Below, piece after piece: positions 20,534 to 31,336 of a stretch of DNA of 32,224 bases. Source of the DNA: Octopus bimaculoides (lineage: Eukaryota); contig NC_068996.1 of NCBI RefSeq assembly GCF_001194135.2, positions 37,444,258 through 37,476,481 on the forward strand, given 5' to 3'. Position 1 is the first letter of the stretch. The number at the start of each line of letters is the position of its first letter. The notes under the pieces are model-generated. The model made no database searches. It saw nothing but the letters and a program-made list of their open reading frames with translations, and was not told where the DNA came from. A program made the translations under genes and the position numbers.

Positions 20534-21239
20534 TATACATACATACACACACACACACACACAAACGCACATATATATATATGTATGTATTTTGTTTTTG
20601 TAAATAAGTAAATGAGTGTAAATTGAACAGGTGTTGAGTAAGGCACTAAAAGAGAATGACTCTCCTCAGACACAATAATATATGATGACCATCTCCCACT
20701 AATCTTGTCTCAGATAAAGCAACGATGTCAAGATCATAGCATCGAAGCACAGTCTTTCCTCACTTTTGAGTGCTACTGGTAACATGTAACCCAGTACAAC
20801 TTGTTGCATGGTCGGACCGCTGGCAACTAAACCAGCAACCCCACCAAGTTTGCTTGGTGATGAGGATGTTTATTGGACACCCTGCGGGATGAAAAACAAA
20901 ACCTGTCAAAGGGCGGAGGAACTCTTGAGAGTCAATGGCCATCCAATATGTGTGTAATTATATATTAACTGTATATCTCCCTTTTGCTCACTAATTTTAT
21001 ATATTGTATATTTTTATAGTTTGTTCATTATATATATTTTTTATATGTATTTTTATATATTCCATATCGTTTATTTTATGTATATTTTGTATATCAATAT
21101 TTTTTTATATATCGTACATGTTTTTTTTAATTTTCTTTCCCTTATATCTATTTTATCCAGCTTATGGATATATCTTGCACAGGGACATAGAAATAATCGG
21201 ACTGAATACTCGATCGTGTGGTTAAACCATTGGGAGTGA

Positions 21240-23594
21240 AGGACCCCTAGCCTTTGTTAGGGCATTCTTCTAGGAGAAGGCAACTCAGGTAACTGGGATA
21301 ACTCCGACATAAAACCTGCAGCTCAGTGGTTACCGATGATGTTGACTTGTTCTTTTGCTGTTGCTTATTGAGTGGGATTGACTCAGTACACAGTTTTTCC
21401 TCACATTAAAAAAAATCTTCTGGCACAGGCATTGCATGATAATAATATTGATTGATTGATTGATTGGTTGATTAATTGATTAACTAATTGATGATTGTTG
21501 ATAGTGCTGTGAGTCTCAACTGAGTTGCTGGCTGCAGCCTTGAAAAGCAAACAATCAATGATGTACCAAAACAGTAAAAAAAATATATGGCAGTAAGGAC
21601 ACTGGAACCACATCAGATGGAAGAGTCTGGCCCGGTAGGGGCTCCAGAACATCACAGTCTGAACCTGGCCGTCATCGTGCTGCTGTGATAGAACCAAATG
21701 AAATATTGAATATTGGCTGTTGGAATGTACAGACGCTGCTTGACCGCTAGTCCTCAGAATGTCCTGAACGAAGGACTGCTCTTGTTGCAAAGGAGGTTTG
21801 ACACTATGATCTTGATAAATCTTGCTTTATCTAAGATGATATTAACTGGAGATGGTCATCTTACAGAATCTTGTGGAAAATATACAATCCTTTGAAAAGG
21901 GAAGGATGAAGAGTTTAGAGAAAGAGGATGGAGTGGCATTTGCTGTTAAGACTTTTCTTGTGGACAAGTTGGAAGAATTCCCAGTTGGCATTAACGAGCG
22001 TTTTATATCCATGAGAATTCCTTTAGTTAAAGGAAATTATGTAACCTTGGTGAGTGTGTATGCTCCAACTATGTGCTCTACTGATGGGTAGGGATTTTAA
22101 CATGCGGACTGTAACTGGAAAGCATGGGGTGGAAAAGTGTAATAGTAATGGTATGCTTCTGCTGCAGATGTGCAAGGAACTGCGTCTGTGTGTTACCAAT
22201 ACCATGTTTCAACAAAAGAATAAGTTTAAGACCATATGGATGCACCCTGCATCTAAAGAATGGCATACTCTGGATTACATCCTTGTTAGGATGCGTGACA
22301 GACGTGATGTGCAGTGTGTTCGTGTTCTTCGTGGAGCCGAGTGTTGGACTGACCACCGCCTGGTATGTGCAAAAGTCAAATTAATCACAAAACGCAAAAT
22401 CCGGGCTGCAGGTATTACCCTGCCTAAAAGACTGAATGTTGCTCGTCTTAGTTGTAATGGCATGAAGAGATCTTTACGAGAGGAAATGAATGTTGCAGAT
22501 TTTGGGGAAGATTGGTCGACCCTCAAAAAGTCAGTTTATGATATAGGCAGGGATTGATACAAAGAAAGCATCAAGATTGGTTTAAAGAAAATGATGAACA
22601 TATAGATGATTTATTGGCTGTTAAAAGACGTACTTTGTCACACTATTTGTCAGCAAAGCCACAGGAGAGAGATGTATTGCATAGGGAACTCAAGGATGTG
22701 AAATCACGTGTGAGGCAGAGGCTCTCTCAAATGAGGGATACCTGGTGGAGTAAGAAGGCTGATGAGATACTGGCGGCATTGGATTCCAATAACACAAAGC
22801 TGTTATATGGTCTCTTGCAAGAAGTTTATGGACCAACTTCTTCTCTGATGACATCACTTTGAAGCAGGGATGGTAAAGAACTTCTTCATGATTCACAAGG
22901 AATTCTGTGAAGGTGGGGAGAACACTTTGGTGAACTTTTGAATCAGCAGTCTGTAGTTAGTGAGGATGTTCTCAATCTCATCTCTGAATTATCTGTGAAG
23001 GTGGCTCTTGCAGAACCACCAAAGTTGGAAGAAGTTATGGTGGCTGTCTCAAGGATGAATAATGGGAGGTTTCCGGGTTTAGATGGCATTCATGCAGAGT
23101 TGTTGCAGCATGGTGGTGAGAAACTTCTGCAGCAACTTCAATCCTTGTTTGGCATGATATGTACTAGTAAATCTGTACCTGAGGACTGGAGAGATACAGT
23201 AATGGTGGTCTTATATAAGGGAAAGGGCAACAGGAATGATTGTGGTAACTATAGGGGAATATCATTGCTTTCTGTCGTAGGAAAGGTTTTATGCAGGGNN
23301 NNNNNNNNAATGATTGTGGTAACTATAGGGGAATATCATTGCTTTCTGTCGTAGGAAAGGTTTTATGCAGGGTACTTCTGGACCGTCTGCTGAAACACAT
23401 TGCAGATTGTGTTCTTCCAGAAAGTCAATCTGGTTTTTGTGTGGGACACGGCACTGCTGATGTGATCTTCTCAGCTAGACAGCTTCAGGAGAAGTGTGTG
23501 GAACAGGTTCTGGATTTATATCAGGTTTTTGTCGATCTGACACTATGGAAAGTTCTCCTGAAACTTGGTTGTCCTGAAAAGTTCCTTGCTTTGG
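21240..23594 (+). mobile_element. RTE LINE (BovB-like lineage): putative 5' UTR piece, APE endonuclease and N-terminal RT, degenerate
   Basis: From about 21703: LNIGCWNVQTLLD..CPERRTALVAKE; GVAFAVKT..PVGINERF..TLVSVYAPT; WMHPASKEWHTLDYIL; ECWTDHRLV; PG.DGIHAELL; CGNYRGISLLSVVGKV..LPESQSGF..GTADVIFSARQLQEKC.EQ..DLYQVFVDLT. Multiple stops, frameshifts and deletions. The 5' UTR assignment (ctaggagaaggcaactc) is weaker. Confidence 0.9.
23235..23372. other. 64-bp exact duplication flanking a 10-N gap (assembly artefact)
   Basis: 23235-23298 equals 23309-23372. Removing one copy restores the RT reading CGNYRGISLLSVVGKVLCRVLLDRL. Confidence 0.9.
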
Positions 23595-23934
23595 NNNNNN
23601 NNNNNNNNNNNNNNNNNNNNNNNNNNNNNNNNNNNNNNNNNNNNNNNNNNNNNNNNNNNNNNNNNNNNNNNNNNNNNNNNNNNNNNNNNNNNNNNNNNNN
23701 NNNNNNNNNNNNNNNNNNNNNNNNNNNNNNNNNNNNNNNNNNNNNNNNNNNNNNNNNNNNNNNNNNNNNNNNNNNNNNNNNNNNNNNNNNNNNNNNNNNN
23801 NNNNNNNNNNNNNNNNNNNNNNNNNNNNNNNNNNNNNNNNNNNNNNNNNNNNNNNNNNNCACACATGCATTTATATATAGAATATATGATATATAATATA
23901 TATCTATATATATTATGTGTGTGTTGTTGTTTTT

Positions 23935-24090
23935 ACATCCCCATAGTGTAGCAGTTCAGTAAAAGAGAGACCAACTGAATAAGTAGCAGATTTTTAAAAA
24001 AAATTTTAGAGGCAATTTATTTTACTAAATTCTTGGAAGTGGTGCCCCAGCATGGCCCCAGTCTAATGACTGAAACAAAAAAAAAAGCTA
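23935..24090 (+). mobile_element. SINE family B, 3' half (degenerate)
   Basis: gcagttcagtaaaagagaga..aataagta..ggtgccccagcatggccccagtctaatgactgaaaca. Confidence 0.65.
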
Positions 24091-25348
24091 AGAGATAAAG
24101 TGTGTAGGTGGCAAATATGCTTGGATGACAGACAGTAACAAGAATGTTAGACTGGCACGAATTGGATGTAGCTCATAGGAAAGAGAGTGGTGACTTACAG
24201 CAGAGAGGTTGTGATATGGTATATGTAGTGATAGGTTCTACTTTTATTACTTATTTAACATCAATGAGAATTTGATCACCAGTGTGACAATCAGAAGTGT
24301 GTTGCCATTGTTAACAATGAAATGAGTTGTAAGGAGAACAGGAAAAATGTAACAAGGAATTGAATAAGCAAAGATTGGTAACAAGGAAAAAAGTTAAAAT
24401 ATACAAAAACAAAAGAAAAAGAGTAAAGAATGTCTTGTGACAAGAGACAAGAATAAGATGTGCTTGAGTGAAGTAATGATGATGGGAAGAGGTTGTTCTT
24501 TTGGACTTTCAAAAGTAAAAGCCAAAATAGAGAGGTACTTAAGGAAAAAAGGTAAATGGAAAGAGCAAGAGATGATAGCTAATTTTTAGACAGACAGATG
24601 GACAGATAGATACATAAGAAGAGAGAGAGAGAGAGAGATTTATTCATGGCAAAGAAAGAAGTCTTTTAAAGCATTTTTGAAAAGGATGACAAGCCATGAG
24701 CTGTGTTGTGTAAAACTTTAGTCAAGTGAATGAAAAATTGGATGAACAAGAGGAGCAGCCATCTGCTTCTGATTCATATGTTTATCATTAAAAGATGATC
24801 CTGAATAAGACTATCTAATGAAGAACTACAGAATAGTGACAGAAAGTTCTTTGCATGGAGTGGCTTGGTTGGACTGCTTCTGAGGCTATGTGTAGATGAG
24901 AAAGATATAGAGAGAGGGAGAGAGAGTATAGATGACTAAGTGGATGCAATTGCCCATCAGCTCTCCACCCCATAGAATAATATATTTTTATAAATGTTTG
25001 TAGCAGTTTCAGTTGTTTCATGTTACAGACCCTTCATGGACTAACTGGATTGTCATACAACACCAGGATTTGAATATCACCTAACTTAATGCATGACTGC
25101 ACCCTGTCTTCTGTTCTCTTATCTATCACTTTTCCGAGATCTTGTCTATCTCTGTGTGTCACTCCCCTTCAGATCTGATCATACACTCCACAATAAATTC
25201 TCATTAAATAGCTCTCTAGCAAAGTTATCACTCCAAAATATGGGAAATGTTTACAAAGAATTTTTAGATGATAAATAACACTCAAGTTCAAACCAAAGTA
25301 TAGACCTGCTAGCAATAATACAGTAGACAAGGATGTAAAAGAGTGATG

Positions 25349-25561
25349 TATGAGGGGGTTGCTGAAAAGTTCCTGGCTTTAGGTAAAAGAAAATACAGGA
25401 GGATCGGTTAATTATGATTTTATTCAACATATTACCCTCTTAGATTCACACACTTACTGCAACAGTCCTTCAGTTCTTCTAAGCCTTTTAAAAGAACTCA
25501 GAAGGTTGAGCCTCCAACCAGACCTTTCATGATACCCTTAAAGCCAGGAACTTTTCAGCAG
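25349..25561. mobile_element. Tc1/mariner-type MITE, copy 1 (right end in N gap)
   Basis: TA, then TIR tgagggggttgctgaaaagttcctggcttta; partial right TIR taaagccaggaacttttcagcag. Confidence 0.85.
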
Positions 25562-26242
25562 NNNNNNNNNNNNNNNNNNNNNNNNNNNNNNNNNNNNNNN
25601 NNNNNNNNNNNNNNNNNNNNNNNNNNNNNNNNNNNNNNNNNNNNNNNNNNNNNNNNNNNNNNNNNNNNNNNNNNNNNNNNNNNNNNNNNNNNNNNNNNNN
25701 NNNNNNNNNNNNNNNNNNNNNNNNNNNNNNNNNNNNNNNNNNNNNNNNNNNNNNNNNNNNNNNNNNNNNNNNNNNNNNNNNNNNNNNNNNNNNNNNNNNN
25801 NNNNNNNNNNNNNNNNNNNNNNNNNNNNNNNNNNNNNNNNNNNNNNNNNNNNNNNNNNNNNNNNNNNNNNNNNNNNNNNNNNNNNNNNNNNNNNNNNNNN
25901 NNNNNNNNNNNNNNNNNNNNNNNNNNNNNNNNNNNNNNNNNNNNNNNNNNNNNNNNNNNNNNNNNNNNNNNNNNNNNNNNNNNNNNNNNNNNNNNNNNNN
26001 NNNNNNNNNNNNNNNNNNNNNNNNNNNNNNNNNNNNNNNNNNNNNNNNNNNNNNNNNNNNNNNNNNNNNNNNNNNNNNNNNNNNNNNNNNNNNNNNNNNN
26101 NNNNNNNNNNNNNNNNNNNNNNNNNNNNNNNNNNNNNNNNNNNNNNNNNNNNNNNNNNNNNNNNNNNNNNNNNNNNNNNNNNNNNNNNNNNNNNNNNNNN
26201 NNNNNNNATATATATACACACATATATATACACACACATACA

Positions 26243-26463
26243 TACAAGGGGGTGCTGAAAAGTTCTTGGTTTTGGGTAAAAGAAAATACAGGAGGATCGG
26301 TTAATTATGATTTTATTCAACATATTACCCTCTTAGATTCACACACTTACTGCAACAGTCCTTCAGTTCTTCTAAGCCTTTTAAAAGAACTCAGAAGGTT
26401 GAGCCTCCAACCAGACCTTTCATGATACCCTTAAAGCCAGGAACTTTTCAGCAGCCCCTTGTA
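26243..26463. mobile_element. Tc1/mariner-type MITE, copy 2, complete, TA-flanked (221 bp including both TAs)
   Basis: About 30-bp TIRs, tacaagggggtgctgaaaagttcttggtttt and aaagccaggaacttttcagcagccccttgta. Confidence 0.9.
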
Positions 26464-26689
26464 TGATAGGTAAATAAAGGGTGAAGATTAAAAGTTGAAG
26501 GTGGGAGAAGAATGAGAGATAGATACCAACAAGAGAAGGGATCAAAAGTAATAATGAAGAATGTATGTCAATAAGAAGTTGCTTGGTGGGAGGGACACAG
26601 TTATCTTGTTGAGGGGAAAATGGGCAGAAAAGCATCTGGTATAGACTTGGTAGGGACCCAATTCTGTGCATAGAGTATGCATACATTAT

Positions 26690-26875
26690 GCCTTGAGAGT
26701 CTAATTCACAGAATGCTAATTTAGTTGGGTGGATCTTCTCTAGGACTGCATCTTGCCAATCATCTTGGTCCTTAGTCATCACCTCTGTGATGTTCAACGT
26801 CCTCCTGAGTTCAGCCTTTGCAACATCATTTCCACATCTTCCTGAGTTTTCCTCGAACACAGGTTGTGCTACTGT
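26690..26875 (-). mobile_element. Old RTE ORF C-terminal remnant
   Basis: Minus frame ENSGRCGNDVAKAELRRTLNITEVMTKDQDDWQDAVLEK aligns by eye with GRPRKTWDEVVKHDLRTLGLTKAMTGDRDLWRYAGIEK at 30860-30975. Confidence 0.55.
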
Positions 26876-26994
26876 AAGATACTAATCGATCAATGCTTCT
26901 TTATTGTCATCTGCAAAAGTACATCACTTGCCCAAATGCACAGTTCTGATTCTCCTCTTATGCTGAGTTTTTCCCTCAACACTGGGCATAATAT

Positions 26995-27510
26995 CACTGC
27001 TGCCACCACCACAACCACCACCACCGCCACCGCTGCCGCCGCCACCACCACCACAACTGCCACTGCAGCCACTACCACCATTGCTGCCTCTGCCACTGCT
27101 ACCACCATAACTACCACCATCACCACCACCATCATCACCACTATTGCTGCCACAACCACTACCAGCAGCATCACTACCACCTCACCACTGCCAGCATCAC
27201 CACCAATGCTGTCATTGCCACCATCATCAGAAACACCACTACCACCACGCTGGTGCTGATGGTAGTCGCAGTTGTGTTGGTGTGTGTGTGTGTGTTCGGA
27301 TGGTGGTTGTGGTGATTGGGTATGTGCAGATGTCAAGGAGGTGGATTTGATGGGTGGGTGGATGGGATTTGTTAGTGTGTTGGTTGTTTTGGTTAGTTGC
27401 AGTGATGTGGTGTTGTGCAGTTGGTGTTGTTGTTGGGTGTGTGATTGTGATGGTTGTAGTGGCAGTGATAATAAAAGCCATGGTGGTGGTGGTGGTGTTG
27501 GCAGTATTAA
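26995..27510. repeat. Low-complexity (ACC/CAC)-rich block followed by a (GGT/TGG)-rich block
   Basis: Strand composition flips at about 27250. Source of the Thr-rich and Val-rich pseudo-ORFs. Confidence 0.85.
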
Positions 27511-27796
27511 CAATCATGACAAAATGAAACAAGATGCTTAAAAGTTAGCTAATCTTATATCACATCAAGATTAATTCAGATTACCTTAATGTCACTCGTC
27601 TTCAGTAAGAAGGTGATAATGGTTATATTCTGTGTCTGTTTTCTGTTGATAGGAATACATTAACAGTGAGATATCAATAGTAATACCTGATATCATATCC
27701 TTACTAAAATTCAGTATTGGCAATACTCCACATCATCATGTCATATCTGTTATTATTGGACAGTTCTTATAACAATAGTAGTGATGAGAATGTGTA

Positions 27797-27845
<49 letters not shown>

Positions 27846-27859
27846 ATATATACTAACCT

Positions 27860-28024
27860 AGGTGCAGGAGTGGCTGTGTGGTAAGAAGTTCACTTCCCAA
27901 CACATTTGATTCTGGGTTCAGTCCCACTGCATGGCACCTTAGGCAATTGTCTTCTACTATAGCCTTGGGTCAACCAAAGCCTTGTGAGTGGGATTTGGTA
28001 GACAGAAACTGAAAGAAACCTGTC

Positions 28025-28061
<37 letters not shown>

Positions 28062-28290
28062 TGTATGTATGTATGTATGCATGTATGTATTTCTGTGTCT
28101 GTTTTTGTCCCTTCCACCGTTACTTGATAACTGATGCTGGTGTGTTTACGTCCCTGTAACTTAGCAGTTCAGCAAAAGTGACCGATACAATAAGTACTAG
28201 GCTTACAAAGAATAAGTCCTAGGGTCAATTTGTTTGATTAAAGGTGCTCCAGCATGGCTGCAGTCAAATGACTGAAGCAAATAAAAGAAT
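27860..28290 (+). mobile_element. tRNA-derived SINE, family B, full length with internal microsatellite
   Basis: A-box-like tggctgtgtggtaag, B-box-like ggttcagtccc, then gcaccttaggcaattgtc, a (TA)/(TATG) tract and the 3' half ending gactgaagcaaataaaaga. Confidence 0.92.
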
Positions 28291-28537
28291 GTGTGTGTGT
28301 GTGTGTAATCTGCCACTGAGGGATGTATGGAATAACAGGAAAGATACACATAATAAATACAGACAGGGTCAGACCTCTCATCAGCTATCAACCAAATATC
28401 ACCAGAATTTCAACACTTATGATGATATTCTTCAGTTTGGCCTGTGTCAGAAACAAAGGTTGCTGGAACAGAAATGAGCAAACGTAAAAGATGAGTATAA
28501 ACAGGTACAATGACAGGAGCAGATGAGGTCTCTAGAC

Positions 28538-28570
<33 letters not shown>

Positions 28571-28836
28571 TTAATGTCTGTTTTCCATGCTGGCATGAGT
28601 TGGACAGTTTCACAGGAGCTGCACCAGACTCCAATTGTATGTTTCAGCATGGTTTCTATGGCTCTTTCTAATGCAAACCACTTTACAGAGTGTACAAGGT
28701 GTTTTTTAAGTGGAACCAGTACCAGTACTTTCTACATAACACTAGCACCAATGCTTTTTATGTGACACCAGCATCAGTGCTTCTTACATGGCACAAGTGC
28801 CAGTGCTTTTTATGTGGTAGCAGCAGCACCAGTACC
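28538..28836 (-). mobile_element. RTE 3' UTR-type element with (GAT)n tail and internal 26-bp minisatellite
   Basis: (cat)n ttaatgtctgttttccatgctggcatgagttggac; five 26-bp units at 28693-28822. Confidence 0.75.
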
Positions 28837-29728
28837 CTTCATGAATAATTATTACCAAGGTTGTTTTAGAACATCAACTCTACCACCTGTGGCAGTCATG
28901 AGATGTACCTCAGGGAAAAGCAGGAGATAACTTGTGGCAGGCACAGAGAGGGTGATCAGTGAGAGAAAGTGTGGGAAGAGATGATATTGAGAATGAGAGA
29001 TGGATGGATGGATGTTAAAAGGAAGTAGTTCTAGAGACAGCTGGTCTTAAAATATTCTGTAATAATGATCTGTATGGCTGTGATAAATAAAAGGGAGCTG
29101 AGGACTGAACCTTGACAGACCACCTACCTTTACACTAAGTCCATCACTAAAAACATTGTCAACTCTCACTAAATGCATCTGTGTATATAACTTGTACAGT
29201 TCTCACAAACCATTCATTTGCTGAAAGTTCCCTTAGTTATGACCTGGTCAAAGGAATCAAAAGTCTTCTCCAAGTTAAAAGTCTTCTCCAAGTCAACAAA
29301 TGCAAGGTATAGTAGTTGACTCTTAACTAAGTACTTCTGAGGTTGCTTCAATAGGAAAAGTGGCATCAGTGGTACTTATTCTAGGCTTAAAGCCAAACTG
29401 CATCTTATTTCCCAGTTTACAATGATACTTTTACACCAAACACTGACAACATTTTCCTGTATTACTTGATTAGCTATTCAGGTGCCCATCTTATATCTTA
29501 TACCTAGCCAGATATTTTGAGTATCTCAGCAACTATCTCTGATGAGTCAGTAATTTTCCTTATCTTTGTCTCCTTAACTACTCTATCAATTATTGTACTG
29601 CTGTCTATTTGAATTGCTAGTTCCTCTGTTTGAACAATACAAAGTAGCATCTGTTTGCCCCACACATTTTCATCATCCATCAACCTCTCATTATAGCACT
29701 TTTATACCACATTTTTTGTGATCTACAG

Positions 29729-29868
29729 CAGTGCTCTGCAACCTTTTTTCATTTGTGGTACACTTATATTTTTTCAAAATTCTGTGACACACCAGGTTAC
29801 ACTGTGGCACACCTAGCATTGTCTCATGACACACCATTGTGCCAAGGCATACCGGTTGCAGAGCACTG
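29729..29868. mobile_element. hAT (Charlie-type) MITE, 140 bp
   Basis: Perfect 15-bp TIRs cagtgctctgcaacc and ggttgcagagcactg; perfect 8-bp TSD atctacag (29721-29728, 29869-29876); subterminal gtg(a/g)cacacc motifs. Confidence 0.93.
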
Positions 29869-30143
29869 ATCTACAGCAATAATAAGTGTTCGTTATTTCA
29901 GATACACTTCTGCCCAATGACAGCTTGGTTCTCTTGCATACACTGTCTCACAATCTCGAACACCTCCTACTTATGATCTTTGTGATACCTAATATTTGTG
30001 AATCTCTTCCGTTTCTCTTCATTCCCAGTTAAGTATACATAATACTTAGATTCCTTCCAGATTTTCCAAGTTTGTCTCTTACTTTTAGTAACTCTATCAA
30101 GTATGTCATTCAACTACCATGTCACCCTTTGTTTGGCTGGAAT

Positions 30144-30402
30144 CAATGGCTTGGGAACAAACTTTACTTCTGGGGTGCAAACCCAAGTACAAGATTTCAA
30201 TTTTTTGCCAACAACTTTTATTGTTTTTTTAATTTATTTTTGTTTCTTCTTTTAGACGAAACCTAACTTCAAGATACTTTTTCCGATTACATTTTACACA
30301 GTTTTCTAAACCTAAGAAAAATAAGTAGGAGGTGCAATGCATCCCCAAACAATTTTAGGTGGTGTGCTGGCACCCACTGCTCCCCCTGTTCCCGGACCCA
30401 TG
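30144..30402. mobile_element. Older hAT-type MITE, 259 bp
   Basis: Imperfect 16-bp TIRs (11/16) caatggcttgggaaca and tgttcccggacccatg; 8-bp TSD gctggaat / gctggaac (7/8). The RTE reading rejoins across it. Confidence 0.75.
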
Positions 30403-30650
30403 GCTGGAACCTGCACTAGTCAGATGTCCAAACAGTAGCCCACAGCAGGTTGTCTTGTAGGAACTCCCAATTGTCATTATAAATATCTAATTCTTTCGCC
30501 TGATAGTTATATGCATCCATTAGGATTTCTTTAAACCTATAACCAACTGCATGTTCTTTTAGCCGCCATCTTCTTTTCCTATTTCCTAAGACCACCTAAC
30601 TTTGAAGTGCATTCTTCACTAAGAAAGGTTTTGGTAATTACAATGTCCTA

Positions 30651-31326
30651 TTGAATGAAACTAGTATGATCCGCTGGATGTGTAATGTCAGTGTGCATAC
30701 ATGACAGAGTGTAAGTACCCTGAGAGAAAAGTTGAGCATAAGAAGCATCAAATGTGCAAGAGAGATGACTATGCTGGTATGGTCATGTGTTATGTATGGA
30801 TGAGGACAGCTGTATGAGGAAGTGCCACTCACTAACTGTGGAAGGAACCTGTGGAAGAGGTAGACCCAGGAAGACATGGGATGAGGTGGTGAAGCATGAC
30901 CTTCGAACATTGGGCCTCACAAAGGCAATGACAGGAGACCGGGACCTTTGGAGATATGCTGGGATTGAGAAGACTGACAACTAAAGTGAGATTGCAGCTA
31001 TGCATGTCCGGCCCTGTTAAGAACACTCCTGATGCATTGGGTGATATGATATGCTTGAGAAGACCTGTTGAGTCAAGCAAAACTAATATCGTAGCTGTGA
31101 CCAGTGCTCCCTGACTGGAACCCATGTTGGTGGCATGCAAAAAGCACCAACCAATCATGGCCAATGCCAGTACACCGTGACTGGCTCTTGTGTCGGTGGC
31201 ACATAAAAAGCATCATCTGAACGTGATCGATGCCAGGCCTGCTTGACTGGTTCCCGTGCCAGTGGCACATAAAAACCACTCTTGGAGTGGTTGGTGTTAG
31301 GAAGGGCATCCAGCTGTAGAAACATT
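30651..31326 (+). mobile_element. 5'-truncated RTE LINE (ORF C-terminus to stop at 30984, then 3' UTR; tail lost in gap)
   Basis: NETSMIRWMCNV..LREKLSIRSIK../ LCWYGHVLCMDEDSCMRKCHSLTVEGTCGRGRPRKTWDEVVKHDLRTLG; UTR ends gagtggttggtgttaggaagggcatccagctgtagaaac. Confidence 0.9.
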
Positions 31327-31336
31327 NNNNNNNNNN

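Larger units (their letters stand above)
29022..30641 (-). mobile_element. Old, heavily degenerate RTE LINE (late EN to RT), carrying two MITE insertions
   Basis: Minus-strand motifs in the correct order across frameshifts: KTF.SEECT; WRLKE; WEFLQDNLL.AT; VPA..RVTW..N; EVFEIVRQC.QEN.AV.GQKCI; EIVAEILKISG; MQFGFKP..STTDA; YLAFVDLEK; QGSVLS.LLFI; FKTSCL*ELL. Confidence 0.8.

Noticed and set aside
20780-20945. GC-richer island resembling a LINE 5' UTR fragment
   Set aside because: Only a vague resemblance (aaagggcggaggaa); no second copy or ORF in the window supports a call.
2749-26425. Many long ORFs in the track (for example 2749-3270, 4592-5062, 10370-11458, 17166-18190, 25527-26425)
   Set aside because: They are open only because they run through N gaps (X residues).
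26864-27541. Thr-rich mucin-like ORF and Val-rich or Cys-rich ORFs
   Set aside because: They derive from the ACC/GGT low-complexity block, are open on both strands, and lack a credible signal peptide or exon structure.
2392-28290. tRNA-like A/B-box sequences as tRNA genes
   Set aside because: They continue into SINE bodies and tails, and no complete cloverleaf could be built.
3838-28765. Poly-HT, -CV, -YI, -M, -H and -D ORFs (for example 4125-4388, 8024-8397, 12051-12377, 12878-13218, 28410-28765)
   Set aside because: These are translations of di-, tri- and tetranucleotide microsatellites with no domain signal.
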